Counted from the whole stretch's first letter, positions 22,627 to 35,833 are shown. The stretch: DNA of 63,976 nt, filler included, from Ministeria vibrans ATCC 50519 (GCA_943704425.1; 13 parts of 13 records of this genome joined end to end with filler, not necessarily neighbours in it), one strand, 5' to 3'. Numbers and translations: made by a program. The notes: generated by a model not told the origin, from the sequence alone.

Positions 22627-25600
22627 TTAAAGGAGATGAGGAGGAGAAAGCATTGGAAGGACAGGACCGACCGTGTTGATGTACAGATTGGCACAGGGGG
22701 CGTGGTAGTCACGGCCGCCCCACTGCAGCGACACAGAGGTCAGCGGACCCTCACTGGAAGCAAAACAGCAAGTTGCGTCAGATAGTTGTATGCTTCGCGT
22801 GTGTGCGTGTGTGTACATATGTATGTATGTGACTAGTACCTTTGTACAATGGGAGTGCAGCAAAGCGCACATGATGTCGCGGCGGGTGTGGCGGGTGACG
22901 GCTCAAGACTTTGCGCGGGAATGGCAGTCTGTGATTGAGATAGAATGGGCGCGAGAATGGTCCATTCCTGGTCAATTCCACTCAGCGATTCCTATGCACA
23001 AATCAAGTCAAATATGAGTCTTTTTTTCTTTTTCTCTCGCTCGCTTACGTTCATCGAGTCAGCCGACACACTTCCAATATGCATTGCAGAGCGAATGCGA
23101 CGCGAGAAACGGTACATCTCAGCAAGAGCAAGTAGTTTAGCGCGGAACGGTTTGCTGTCGATGACTTCGGAGCGCAGAGCAGGGTCAAGCGACGGAAGAG
23201 CATTGAGAGCAGAGGAGGCATCGCGCAGACGAGAAAGGGTGTTTGCGAGGCAAGTGGACCACACGGAGGCGTGTTCGCTGTGATTGTCATTGTGGCTGTT
23301 GTTGTTGCTGTTGAGACTGTTGTTCTTCTTGTGAGGCGTGGTGGGCGAGCCAAGTGTGTGCTCTGGTGCTGCGGCAACTTCATCCACCGTCGACGCGTTG
23401 TTGTTATTGTCGTCCTTGTCATTGTCGCCGTCAGTGACAGTGATGGGCTCGTCAAATGCTTTGAAAATGCTGTAGCGATCGGATGGGTTGAGCGACTCAG
23501 TGATCGTGGCATTGGTGTTGCTGTTGAGTGCCGCCTGGCGACGACGCTCCTCCCGCTCCGCGTCCAGTGCCGCCAAACGCTGCTCTTCCTTTTCGCGGAT
23601 GCGTGCCTCGAGCTGCTCGGCCGTCAGTTTGGGCGCGTCACTGACGACAGTGGCACCGCCAAGCAGGTCAAATTCGCCAAAGCCCCCAGAGGTCGACTTC
23701 TTGTGATATGTGCCAAAGGCCGGACGCGTGGGGGCGGCCGGTGAAGCAATAACCGTGTCGACCGGTGCCTCAGTACATGCATCGCTAGAGGTGTTGGTGT
23801 GATTGCCATCTTGGCTAGTTGTGGATGCTGGTGCAAAGTCATCGGCGGGAGCAGACGCAGCGGGGGCTGCAGAGAAGTCACCAAAATCGTCAGCGGGAGC
23901 AGACGCAGCGGAGGCTGCAGAAAAGTCGCCAAAATCGTCAGTGGGAGCAGACGCAGCGGGGGCTGCAGAGAAGTCACCAAAATTGTCAGCGGGAGCAGAC
24001 GCAGCGGAGGCTGCAGAAAAGTCACCAAAATCGTCAGCGGGAGCAGACGCAGCGGAGGCTGCAGAAAAGTCGCCAAAATCGTCAGCGGGAGCAGACGCAG
24101 CGGGGGCTGCAGAGAAGTCACCAAAGTCGTCAGCGGGAGCAGACGCAGCGGAGGCTGCAGAAAAGTCACCAAAGTCGTCAGCGGGAGCAGACGCAGCGGA
24201 GGCTGCAGAGAAGTCACCAAAGTCATCAGTGGCAGTTGTGGTCGGCGCTGCTGAAAAAGTTGAGGCTGCAGGCGCAGTAAAATCACCAAAGGCACCACTC
24301 ATAGCGACTGGTAATGTCTCAGAAAAAGCACCAGTGTTAGCGTCGTCATTCGGGGAAATAGGCGCTGCAGCGGGCTCAGTAGCCGAGGTAAAGGCCGAGA
24401 AGCCGTCTTCAACCTGCGCTGACGACGGTTCAACGGAGGCAAATGCCGCAAACTTATCGATGTTGTCGGATGCCAACGGTTCATTGCCGCTACTAGCGGT
24501 TGCGAGGGTGGAAAATGCAGAGAATTTGTCGCTGTCGTCCGATGGCAACAGCTCGTTGCTATTGCTGGCGGGTGCAAGAGCAGCAAATGCAGAAAACCTG
24601 TCGTTGACGTCTGTTGGAGCACTTGGTGTTGTTGTTGTCGTGGGCGGTGCAGCGTGAGAAAACGAGCCAAAGTCATCGGTGTTTGGCGGTACGATTGGCG
24701 CATCGTGTGCGAGGGGTACTGCGGCCGTTGCAGTGGGAAGCAAAACTGCGTCGGTAAAGGAACCAAAGTCATTGACGGGAGCAGATGTCGCAGCAGTAGC
24801 AAAGGTACCAAATTCATTGGCAGTTGAGGTGGGTGCCGTGGTCGCGGCTGAAAAGGAGCCAAAGTCATCGGCAGGAGCAGATATGGCAGCAGTAGCAAAG
24901 TCTCCAAATTCATCGACAGACGAAGTGGGTGCAGTGGTCACAGCTGAAAAAGAGCCAACGTTTTGGGACGTTGAACTCGGAAGGATTACGGGCGGAGCAG
25001 CAGAGGCAATAGCAGCAGTTGTGGCGTCGGATTCTTCTTGTCTAAGGGAAGCATAAGGATCGGATGGGTCCAGAGAAGAAGCGATACTCTCGACGGGGGG
25101 CGGAGTGACAGCCTGACGAAAGGCCGAGTAGGGATCGGATGGGTCGACAACGTCATCTACTGGAGCAGATGCAGTGGGTCCCTCAAAGTCACCAAAGTCA
25201 TCGTCGTCACCATCAACTTCCTTGGTCACGTTGCTGTAGTTGTCGTTGCTGTGAACAGCGATGGGTGCAGGCGTTGAGAGAGAGACGCCTTCGAGACGAG
25301 GCACAGCGAGCTCACCGCAGGCGGTGAGGTGCTCAAGGGTCGCCTTGTGGCTACGCTGGGCCTCCGCCACGAGAGCGAGCGCCACAAAAAACTCCTGACG
25401 GGTGAGCTGACCGGGCTGAGTGCGGTTGACAATGTCCCATATAGTGCGAAGTTGAGCAACGTCAACGAGTGATTTAAGAAACACGGCGTACACCTTGTCG
25501 CCGGGACACACACCCGTCTCTGGGTGAGCCACGAGCCCATACACATGGCGATAGGCCTCGGGAATACACTGTTCAGACGCAGGCGAGCCTGACTGCTGCA

Positions 25601-25694
25601 GTAACAGCGCTACGGGCGACATGCCATCGCCACTGACTACATCTGTGGCTACAACCGCTGCTGTTGCTACAGATGCAGAAGGGGCAGACGATAG

Positions 25695-25729
<35 letters not shown>

Positions 25730-27004
25730 GAAGGAGCTGTTGCTGTTGTTGTTGCTGAAGAAGAAGGGCTTCGGCTTGCAGACGCTGCTGCTCCTCGGCG
25801 GCTGCTTCGCGCTGCCGCTCCTCCTCGGCAAGGCGATCCTCGTCGACAAACATGCCGGAGAGGGTCTCGGAAGTGGCAGACCAGTTGACAGTGGCGACTG
25901 TTTGAGTGCGCACTGGCTGGATGGCGGCACGCGGGGCCTTGGGTGTGCGTGGTTTGGGCGCCTTGACAAACCGTTTGGGGCCACTCGAGTCGCTGAAATT
26001 CAACGCATTGCTAATGAGCGAATCAATTGCAACTGCGGGAGGTGGAGAGGTAACGAGGGAAGCGCGGGGTGGCTCGCTCGTTGGCTTTTGCGACGTGGCT
26101 GTGGCGGGTGCTTCGTTGAAGTCGCCAAAGTCGTCGTCGTCATCGTCAACGGCGGACGCAGCAGACACTGCGGGCATGGTTTGCGCTTGGAGAGCGTGTT
26201 GGGGCATTGTCATTTGCGGCTGAAACTGAGGCTGTTGCATTTGCTGCTGCTGGAGCTGCGACGGTTGCATTTGCGGCTGCATTTGCGGCTGCTGCTGAAA
26301 CTGAGACTGTTGCATTTGCTGCTGTTGGAACTGAGGCTGCTGCAGTTGCTGCTGCTGGAACTGTCGCTGTTGCTCTGGCTGATGTTGCGGTACGCCTGAT
26401 TGGGCGGATTTCTTTCCAAACATGAAGTCGAGCGGGTTGGCGGCCCTTGACAGCTTCGACGCGGCCAAACGTTGCTTTTGCTCCTCAAAGAGATGTCGCT
26501 TTTGCTGCTTGAGCATCTCCTCCTTCTGCCGCTCAAACTGCTTTCGCCGCGCCGCCTCCTCCTTGGCAAACTGTGCCTTCTGTGGCGCCGTCAAGGACGC
26601 ATGCCACTGCTCAAACTGCGGCCCACTCGGTGCCACATACTCTTGGGGCATCTGTGGCTGGTGCATCGCCGGCGAAGCATAGCCCATCATCGTTTGTGGC
26701 GCTACACAAAATTGGAAGAGTAAGTTTTTTTTTTTTTTTTTTTTTTTTTNNNNNNNNNNCCTTGACAAAATTCGGCAAAAAAAAAAAGGTTTTATCATCT
26801 CGATAATGTCCAACCTTGTGACATCATTTGTGGCTGCATCATTCCCATTTGAGGCTGAGGGCCGGCACTGTGCAAAAGAGAGGTCGATAAAGGGAGTGGA
26901 AGAGTGTTGAGGGAGAGCGTAAGAGCAAAACACGAAAGTAGAAGTGCTTACCCATAAGCATAACCCTGCTGTTGCTGCTGGGGTACACCCGGGTGGTAGC
27001 TCAT
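22627..27004 (-). CDS. SYNRG: Synergin gamma (EH-domain accessory protein of AP-1)
   Basis: Gln-rich N-terminus with FEEQKQRL, EH domain (LRTIWDIVNRTQPGQLTRQEFFVALALV), many DDFGDF motifs, C-terminal CALC...WGGRDYHAPCANLYIN. Confidence 0.85.
23838..24228. repeat. Coding 48-bp tandem repeat, 8 units (ADDFGDFSAASAASAP), in synergin gamma
   Basis: Visible in both DNA and translation. Confidence 0.95.
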
Positions 27005-27281
27005 GGCCAGATCACCACCAAACAAACAAACAAGCAAAAAAAATGTACAAACTACAATTAATGATTATATTTGAGTGAATTGTGTCATCTCATTGTCAAA
27101 TCAATCAACACTGATCATTCAACATTCAGTGCATTCACATTTCTTTCTGTCCCCCCCCCNNNNNNNNNNNNNNNNNNNNNNNNNNNNNNNNNNNNNNNNN
27201 NNNNNNNNNNNNNNNNNNNNNNNNNNNNNNNNNNNNNNNNNNTTTTTTTTTTTTTTTTCTCTTTCTCTCTCTGTTTTGTAG

Positions 27282-29396
27282 CGACTTGGCATCAAGACGG
27301 TGGCGGTATATAGCGAAGCGGACGCCCAGTCACTTCATGTACGTCTTGCGGACGAGGCGGTGTGCATTGGGCCGCCGGCGGTGGCGCAGAGTTACCTTGT
27401 GATGGACAAGATCATTAAGGCAGTGCGCGACACGGGGGCGGAAGCAGTCCATCCCGGCTATGGCTTCCTGTCCGAGAATGTGCACTTTGCAGAACGTCTC
27501 GCCGCCGAGAATGTTGCTTTTATTGGGCCCAACGTCAAGGCGATTGGCGCTATGGGTGACAAGATTGAGTCGAAGCTGCTGGCCAAGGCGGCCAAGGTGA
27601 ATGTGATCCCTGGCTTCGACGGCATTGTCGAGTCGGCCGAGCGTGCCGTTGAGCTCGCCGAAGAAATTGGCTACCCGGTCATGCTTAAAGCGTCGGCTGG
27701 CGGTGGCGGCAAGGGCATGCGCTTTGCGTTTACGCGCGACGAGGTACTCGAAGGTTTCAAGTTGTCGCAGCACGAGGCGGCGTCGTCGTTTGGCGACGAT
27801 CGCATTCTGATTGAGAAGTACATTGCCAAGCCGCGCCACATTGAGGTGCAGGTGATGGGCGACAAACACGGCAACTGCGTGTACCTCAACGAACGCGAGT
27901 GCTCGATCCAGCGCCGCAATCAAAAGGTCATTGAGGAGGCGCCTTCGTCGTTCCTCGACGCCGAGACACGCGCTGCTATGGGCGCCCAGGCAGTCATGCT
28001 GGCGCGCGCCGTTGACTACGACTCTGCGGGCACCGTCGAGTTTCTCGTCGACCACGAGCGCAACTTTTACTTCCTTGAGATGAACACGCGTTTGCAGGTC
28101 GAGCATCCCATCACCGAGTGCATCACGGGCGTCGATCTGGTGGAGCTCATGATACACAGCGCGGCGAACGAACCGCTACCGATCAAGCAGAGCGACATTG
28201 GAATTAAGGGCTGGGCTATGGAGGCACGTGTGTACGCCGAGGACAGTGAGTTGTTCCTGCCGTCCATTGGCCGTCTCACGTCGTACCAGGAGCCCCCGTC
28301 GGGCGTGCGTGACCCGTTTGTGCGCTGTGACACCGGCATTGTCGAGGGCAGCGAGATCAGCATGTTTTACGATCCTATGATCTGCAAGCTTATTGCCAGC
28401 AGTGACCACGACGACCCGTCGACGGCGCGCGACGAGGCGCGCGAGCGCCTGTGCGCCGCCCTCGACGCATACGTCATCCAAGGTGTCACCCACAACATTC
28501 CGCTGTTGCGCGACATTCTCACTAACGAGGCGTTTGCGCGCGGCGATCTCTCCACCAACTTCCTGCCCGAGGAGTACCCCCACGGCTTCAAGGGCCGCCA
28601 GCTTGACGACGAGGGCGAGGCAGAGCTCATTGCGGGCGCTACCGCCATGCGTTTGCAGCAGATTATGACTGCCATCAGCTTTAGCGACAACCAGCGTGTG
28701 CCCGAGGACTACCATGTGCGCACGGTGAGCGCCGACAGCGACGAAGAGGTTATGAGTGCCATGGACAACAAGGTTATGTTCGAGAACTCGGCCGAGGAGA
28801 TTGCTTCGCTTCCCGCGCGTCTCGTCGTCGACATCAAGGGTGGCGATGGCCGCACTCGCTCGCACGCAGTCGCAGTCGAGTCGCTCACTGGCGACGAGGT
28901 GAACCTGCGCGTGGCCCAGCTGGACGGTGGTGACGACTCCGACGCGCAAGGGTACCAGACCAAGTCGATGACGGTGTCGCTGCCGCGTCTGAGGCACGCG
29001 GCCCTGCTCGAGTTTGACGTGGGCGCCGAGCGACCCTTGCTCATTGAGAAGGTCGGCGAGAATGGCGTGGCTACAGTGCTGCGTCACCAGGGATCGCTCT
29101 TCGAGGTGAGTGTGCTCACACAGCAGGAGTCGCGACTGCTCAATGCCTTGCCGGTGCGTGTTGCACCCGATACATCGCACGAGGTTGTGTCGCCCATGCC
29201 GGGCACCGTGGTGAGCGTGGCGTCGCTGCAGCCAGGCGATGTGGTTGTCAAGGGCCAGGAGGTTGCCGTCATTGAGGCCATGAAGATGCAAAACAGTTTG
29301 CGCGCCGCTCGCTCGGGCGTGGTCAAGCGCGTCTACGCTGCTCAGGGCGACACTCTGGCAGCCGATCAGCTCATCATTGAGTTTGAGAAGGAGTAG
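27282..29396 (+). CDS. PCCA: Propionyl-CoA carboxylase alpha chain; N-terminal exon(s) not visible, probably in the gap
   Basis: HPGYGFLSEN, KASAGGGGKGMR, RECSIQRRNQKVIEEAPS, EMNTRLQVEHP and biotin site EAMKM. Confidence 0.9.
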   Translation, partial: RLGIKTVAVYSEADAQSLHVRLADEAVCIGPPAVAQSYLVMDKIIKAVRDTGAEAVHPGYGFLSENVHFAERLAAENVAFIGPNVKAIGAMGDKIESKLLAKAAKVNVIPGFDGIVESAERAVELAEEIGYPVMLKASAGGGGKGMRFAFTRDEVLEGFKLSQHEAASSFGDDRILIEKYIAKPRHIEVQVMGDKHGNCVYLNERECSIQRRNQKVIEEAPSSFLDAETRAAMGAQAVMLARAVDYDSAGTVEFLVDHERNFYFLEMNTRLQVEHPITECITGVDLVELMIHSAANEPLPIKQSDIGIKGWAMEARVYAEDSELFLPSIGRLTSYQEPPSGVRDPFVRCDTGIVEGSEISMFYDPMICKLIASSDHDDPSTARDEARERLCAALDAYVIQGVTHNIPLLRDILTNEAFARGDLSTNFLPEEYPHGFKGRQLDDEGEAELIAGATAMRLQQIMTAISFSDNQRVPEDYHVRTVSADSDEEVMSAMDNKVMFENSAEEIASLPARLVVDIKGGDGRTRSHAVAVESLTGDEVNLRVAQLDGGDDSDAQGYQTKSMTVSLPRLRHAALLEFDVGAERPLLIEKVGENGVATVLRHQGSLFEVSVLTQQESRLLNALPVRVAPDTSHEVVSPMPGTVVSVASLQPGDVVVKGQEVAVIEAMKMQNSLRAARSGVVKRVYAAQGDTLAADQLIIEFEKE

Positions 29397-29514
29397 AGGG
29401 TTGTCAAATGAGAGAGGGGAGAAATTGAAACGAGATGAGAAAGAGAGAGAGTGAACCAAAGAGCTTCTTCCTTCTTGTGTTTCCTTCTTTCGTCTGTGAG
29501 GGTCTCAGTGGTGT

Positions 29515-29891
29515 TTATTTTCTGGCGTCTCTGGCGGCCGTAATGGCGGCCTTACGGGCACTCTCGTCGAAGATCTGCTTCATGGCCTCGCGGAAGCAGT
29601 GAATGTTGTAGTCAATGAGTCCGTGCTTCTCAAAGTTCTCATCGCGCACCAGACACACAAGCGCAAGATAGCTAAACGAGATCATGTGAGTGCAAGTCTC
29701 TCTCTATCACTTTGTTTCTTTCCCTCTCTCTCCAACTCTCTCTCTCTCTTTAACTCTCCCTGTGAGTGTTTGTGCTGTGTTGTTACCGAGTGACTTCGCG
29801 AAGGTAGAGGACCACTTCGTTGTTGAGTCTGATAGCGGCAGTGGAGCGTGAGTCGTACGACGTGCCTTCTTCGCCCGCTTCATCATGAGCA
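29515..29891 (-). CDS. RRAGC: Rag GTPase C/D (Gtr2-like), last two exons
   Basis: [24 protein letters not shown]|[29 protein letters not shown] matches the RagC/D C-terminal domain. Confidence 0.85.
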
Positions 29892-29963
29892 CTGCACAAT
29901 AAAAAAAGAGAGAAAGAAAGAAAGAAAGAAAGAAAGAAAGGAGGGAGGGAGAAAGAAACAAAG

Positions 29964-30052
<89 letters not shown>

Positions 30053-30203
30053 NNNNNNNNNNNNNNNNNNNNNNNNNNNNNNNNNNNNNNNNNNNNTTAA
30101 TTAATTAANNNNNNNNNNNNNNNNNNNNNNNNNNNNNNNNNNNNNNNNNNNNTTGTTTTTTTTTTTTTTTTTTTTTTTTTTTTCTGTGTGTGTTTGTATT
30201 AAG

Positions 30204-32415
30204 GGCGCTGAGGCGTACGGATGGCACAATCTGGTGGAAGATGGATGTGTGGAGTTGCTGGATGCAAACGAGGAAGAGTGCTGTATGATTACGATGGAGC
30301 CCAATGATCTTGAGGAATTGCGACAGACCGAAGCGAAGGGTAATGTCGGGTGCAAAAAAGACAATGATGATTCATTAATATTCTCGTGTTTTGATGTTGT
30401 GAACAGGTGAGCGACCATACTGTTCAATGTACACGCACTGTGAAATCCACCCTGCTATGCAACTGGGTGTCTGTGCGTCTATTATTCCCTTCCCGGATCA
30501 CAACCAGTCGCCGCGCAACACTTACCAGTCGGCCATGGGAAAGCAGGCGATGGGCGTCTACATCACCAATTACCAAGTGCGCATGGACACCACTGCGCAC
30601 GTGCTGTTTTATCCACAGAAGCCACTGGTACGCACCAAGTCGATGGCCTACCTGCACTTCAGCGAACTACCCGCCGGCACCAACGCGATTGTTGCCATTT
30701 CCGTCTACAGTGGTTACAACCAGGTCAGAGAATGACAACGAGAGAGAAAGGCAGAGGGATTGACCTTTTTTCGTAGGAGGACTCTGTGATTATGAATCAG
30801 AGTGCAATTGATCGTGGACTCTTCCGCAGTCTGTTTATGCGGACGTACAATGCCAAGGAGGAGAAGAGCATTCGCGACCCGTCCAAGCAAGAACTGCTTG
30901 AGATTCCTCGTCGCGAGGAGTGTCGAGGTAACAATTATGTGTATATAATATATGTATGTGTGTGGGTGTGGGTGTGGGTGTGTCTATGTCTTTGTGGTGT
31001 GTGTGTGTGTGTCTATGTCTTTGTGGTGTGTGTGTGTGTGTTTGTCGGAAGAGAGGGGGGAGACGACAACTAAGCGTGAATTGAGAATGTAAATGGTGTG
31101 GTTGACTGACTGATTGATGGTGGCAGGATTCCGCGCGGAGGATGTGTATGCCAAGCTGGACGTGGACGGACTGGCGATTCCCGGGTCACGCATCAGTCCC
31201 AATGACTGTATTATCGGCAAAACATCGCCTCTCGATGGCGAAGACGAGCTCAGCGGACATGCCACAAAGACACTCAAGAAGGTGTGTGTCAACAAGAGTA
31301 ACAACATATTTTGACAATTAATGTCGTTTAATGTAGGATTCATCTGTGTATGTGCGTGCGACTGAGTCGGGTATGATCGACCGTGCAATGCTCACTGTCA
31401 ATCAGGATGGAAACAAGTTTGCAAAGGTCAGTTAGTAGCAGAGAGAGAGAGGGAGTGAGGGCAAGATTCTCACGAGCCACAATCAATTGGTTGAATAGGT
31501 TCGCATTCGCAACATCCGAACGCCCCAGATTGGTGACAAGTTTGCGAGTCGACACGGACAAAAGGTAGAACAACAAACAGCAACGTATCGGGCGGACTGA
31601 CTTTCTTCTGACTCTATTATTTGTTTCGTTTTTGTGTCTTACTCTTCCCTCTTCTACCTTGCTTTCACTTTTGTTTCTTTCTCCCTTGATGTGTATGTGT
31701 ATCGGTCCGTGTCTTTTAGGGTACGTGTGGGATTACGTACCGAATGGAGGACATGCCGTTTACGACGCAGGGCATTACGCCCGACATCATCATCAACCCG
31801 CACGCGATTCCGTCGCGCATGACCATTGGTCATCTCATTGAGTGTCTTGAGGGCAAGGTGGCATGTCTGCGTGGCAAGGAGGGCGATGCGACGCCTTTTA
31901 ACGATGTGACAGTTCCCGTGGTGGCGGACAAGCTGAAGCAGCTCAACTACCACTTGTATGGAAACGAGGTGCTGATGAACGGGCACTCGGGGCAAAAGAT
32001 GAACACGCAGGTATACCTGGGTCCCACTTACTACCAGCGTCTCAAGCATATGGTCGACGACAAGATTCACTCGCGCGCGTTTGGGCGCACGCAGCGTCTC
32101 ACGCGTCAGCCCATGGAGGGTCGTGCGCGCGACGGAGGACTTCGCTTTGGTGAGATGGAGCGCGATGTGATGGTGGCGCACGGCGCAGCGCAGTTCCTCA
32201 AGGAGCGTCTTTGCGAGCAGTCTGACGCGTACAAGGTGCACGTGTGCGACCTATGTGGTCTGATTGCCATTGCCAAGTTGCCCGACTTTGAGTGTCGCTC
32301 ATGCCAGAACCAGACCAAGGTGTCGCGAGTGGAGATTCCGTATGCCTGCAAGTTGCTTTTTCAGGAGCTCATGGCCATGCAGATTGCGCCTCGCATTATG
32401 GTGCATGCCAAGCGT

Positions 32416-32421
<6 letters not shown>
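30204..32421 (+). CDS. RPB2: RNA polymerase II second-largest subunit, C-terminal part
   Basis: [60 protein letters not shown] and [11 protein letters not shown]. Confidence 0.97.
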
Positions 32422-32507
<86 letters not shown>

Positions 32508-32912
32508 AAGTGAAAGAAAACAAACCTGAAAGTGAATTATAAGCGAGCACTTTTTTGTCTGTGTATTGAGAAAGGTGTAACGAAGGTAGTAGTTAGCTGT
32601 TAGAGAGACAGACAGAGAGAGAAAGGGAGCTTCTAGTGTGAAAGAATTAAATTTTCCCATTATGACAAAAGAGATCTAGATTGAAAAAAAAAACACAAAA
32701 AAACATAATTGAAATGTATAGTTATAAGCATTATTTATGATAGAGTCAAGTGAGGCATTGCCATAATCAACGGTCAAGACTGAAGAGAGACAGAACATTG
32801 AGAACAACTGCANNNNNNNNNNNNNNNNNNNNNNNNNNNNNNNNNNNNNNNNNNNNTTAATTAATTAANNNNNNNNNNNNNNNNNNNNNNNNNNNNNNNN
32901 NNNNNNNNNNNN

Positions 32913-33020
32913 AACCCTAACCCTAACCCTAACCCTAACCCTAACCCTAACCCTAACCCTAACCCTAACCCTAACCCTAACCCTAACCCTAACCCTAACC
33001 CTAACCCTAACCCTAACCCT
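32913..33020. repeat. Telomeric repeat (CCCTAA)n/(TTAGGG)n, 18 units, at the contig start
   Basis: Perfect array with the G-rich strand running toward the contig end. Confidence 0.95.
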
Positions 33021-35833
33021 TCCTGCCCTCACCAAGCGCAAACTCGGCAGCGTTGGCGTTAAGAAAGTCGCTTTTGTCCAGCATAATCGGGCCTATGCGT
33101 TGGCTCAGTGAATCGTAATGCTGGGTGTCGATCACACACGTCGTGCAGCCACAGCGCGTGACCGCGTACCGCTCGTTGAACTGCTGCAGGCGCTCGGCAA
33201 TTGGCGACAGTTGCACGGCAGTACCCGAATCTCCGTCGCAGGACGCAGTGCGCAAGGTAAGGGTGGTACTGGCCGCGTTGGGCGCCTGCAGAAGCGCGAG
33301 TCTTTTCGTCTGAGCGCCAAGAACAGCGCTGCACCACCGGATAGGACGTGCATCTAGCTTCTCGTCTACGCAACACTTCTTTGCGCCGGTCTGGTCGGTG
33401 TAGAAGAAGAGGGCACAGGCCGGATCTTCACGGAGTGTGTCAATCAGTGGCGCGAGTACCATCTTCTTGACATCGTCGAGCGTCTCGAAGACGATGCTGT
33501 CTGGCAGGCACAGTAGGTAAACACTGCAGTTGGTGTCGGAGGACGCGTCGGACTGGTACAGAGGCAGACGGGCGACGGCATTGACGGGCAGGTTGAGGAG
33601 CGGTGCAAGAATGGCATGGATCTTTGGCAGGAGGAGCGTGTTCGCGGCATCGTGCAGGTGTTCGAGAGTGACAGAAGCGTTGGCAATCATCAAGTCGAGA
33701 ATAAGAGGAACTGTTGAGGCCGCACCAGTGACAACCTCGTAATAGGAGCGATCGGAGGTGCGCATTGTGTGGACACATTGTGCCGCGGGCTGCACGATGT
33801 ACGCTGGGAACGTGCGGCCATTGGGAGTCTTCGTATTGTAGGACCAAATGCGTAAGTCGTCGGACGGGCAGGGCACTGGCATGTTGTAGCGCGTGCGCCA
33901 GTTCTCGAGCTTGTCTTCCTTGAGCGGTGGTCGGCCTTCGGCGTACGCGCGTGCGTTCTTGAGGTACTTGTGGGGCAAATGCTGATCAGCAAGGTGATGG
34001 AGGGTCCACTTGGCAGCGAACGGAGGGTCGAACAGTGGTGGCAGAACTGGCGTACAGATGTCTTCTTCGAGGAAGGCGACGCCTTCGTTGTCGTCGTTAC
34101 AGAGTGAAACAATCGGGTGCGTGAGCCTTTCTTCGCTGTCGGCGTTGCAATCTTCATCGTCGTCTTGGGATCCGTCTGTAGGGCCATCTTTGCTGCAATC
34201 GTCGTCTTGGGTTCCGCTGCCATCGTTGTCTTGGATTCCTTGGGCTCCGCTGCCATCGTCGTCTTGGGTTCCGCTGCCATCGATGTCTTGGATTCCTTGG
34301 GCTCCGCTGTCATCGCTTTCTGTGGTTCCGCCAGCCCGCTGAAAGCCCTCGTTGACGTCCGTGTCGTCTTCTTCGTCCATGGATGTAGAAGCTCGCTGAA
34401 TGTCCCCGTCGCTGTTGTCGCCCTCCATGGTGTCAGTGTCGTCTTCCTCGTCCATGGGTGTAATAGCCCGCTGAATGCCCTCGTTGCTGTAGGCGCCTTC
34501 CATGGTGCCCGTGTCGTCTTCTTTGTCCATGCGTTTAGAAGCTCGCTGAATGCGCTCGAAGTTGTTGTCGTCCTCGCTGACATCCGTGTCGTCTTCTTCG
34601 TCCGTGGATGTAGAAGCTCGCTGAATGTCCCCGTCGCTGTTGTCGCCCTCCATCGTGTCTGTGGCGTCTTCGTCTGTTCCTTCGCGCAGCGTGTCTGAGT
34701 GTGTAGACGACAAGAGGGTGTTCGCGGAGTCAGACAAGCGTTGGCGCTTCGTAGGTGAGATATGGCCGTGAGAATCGCTCGCTCGTCGTTTGCTCGGCTG
34801 CTGGAGAGACACAACGCTGCTGTCACCGCTTTTCACCTTGACGCTGGAGCGACTGCGAGACGCATCGTCCTGCTGAGACGTGTCTGATGCTGTCGCTGGC
34901 GAACCTAAAGAAGATGAAGGGTGGTCAGAAACTGTGCTATCTGTATGGTCCAAAGGGAAGGCGCGCTGATTCTTTGCAGGAGGTTGCGTGCTTGGTATTA
35001 AGAGAGTGACGAAAAGAATTGATGAGTTTTGATGATTCGCGCTTGCAAAAAAAAAGTGTCTTAAACGTGCTGGCTCACCATAGTCTCCCTCACCGAGTTC
35101 AGTGGGTGCTTGCTTGGCCTGAAAAGACAAGGTTTACGTCAATGCTTTTCTTGCGTTCTCTTCGTTCGCTCTGTACCTGAACCTCAGCGTTGGGGTTCCC
35201 ATCCGGCGCAGTCACGGTATCGAGTGTCGCACACATGCCATCCAGTCCCTCCACCACCTTGTGCAGAAGTGCCTGCAGCACTGTGTACTCTGTTGTCTTC
35301 TCGGGAAGTTCCTGGTCCTGCTTGGATAGCTTCTGCCGGAAATGGCGAGTGTTCCTCTTGCGTTGATAAATTTCCTGCAACAATTCAGTGCGTCGCGTCT
35401 CATGGGCCTGCTTCTTCTCCATGACTCTGATCATCGCCTCGTCAAGATGTTGGTGCGCCATAGCCCATACATCGCAATCACCTGTCTCCTCGACATTTTC
35501 CTCTTGTATCTGGAGCACATCCGCGTCGCATTTATTGATGTCGGCTTTGATCTTTGAAAACTCAACCATGCCCTTCACAATGCCTCGCATTTCCCGAGCA
35601 AGTTCCCTCGACGTCTCAGTCAACTGCTCGACCGCCTAGTAGAATGCGAGTTTGAATCAGATTATCGTAAGGAAAAGCTGAACAATTACCTGAACTTGCT
35701 CTAGCTCTGTCAAACGCTTTATGACCGTTGCAGCTGCCTGAGCGGCGGCTTTCACCTCCACATCGACCACCGTACACGCATCATGCGACGCTCTGTCGCC
35801 CCATTGCACAAGAGTATCGACATTCTGAACCAT
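33013..35833 (-). CDS. Coiled-coil + acidic repeats + degenerate AEP/PrimPol-like domain, about 844 aa; predicted exons 35690-35833, 35177-35635, 35079-35118, 33013-34904
   Basis: Three frame-preserving GT-AG introns; RSYYEVV..PLILDLMI, SDASSDTNCSVYLL and CVDEKL resemble PrimPol motifs (RxxYEVI..LYFDLE, DSSTxxKFSxHLI, FVDxGVY); start codon uncertain. Confidence 0.55.

Noticed and set aside
27330-29459. Long antisense ORFs opposite PCCA, and likewise opposite the WS/DGAT, ARM and polyproline genes
   Set aside because: Shadow ORFs caused by GC3-rich codon usage and repeats; no recognisable motifs
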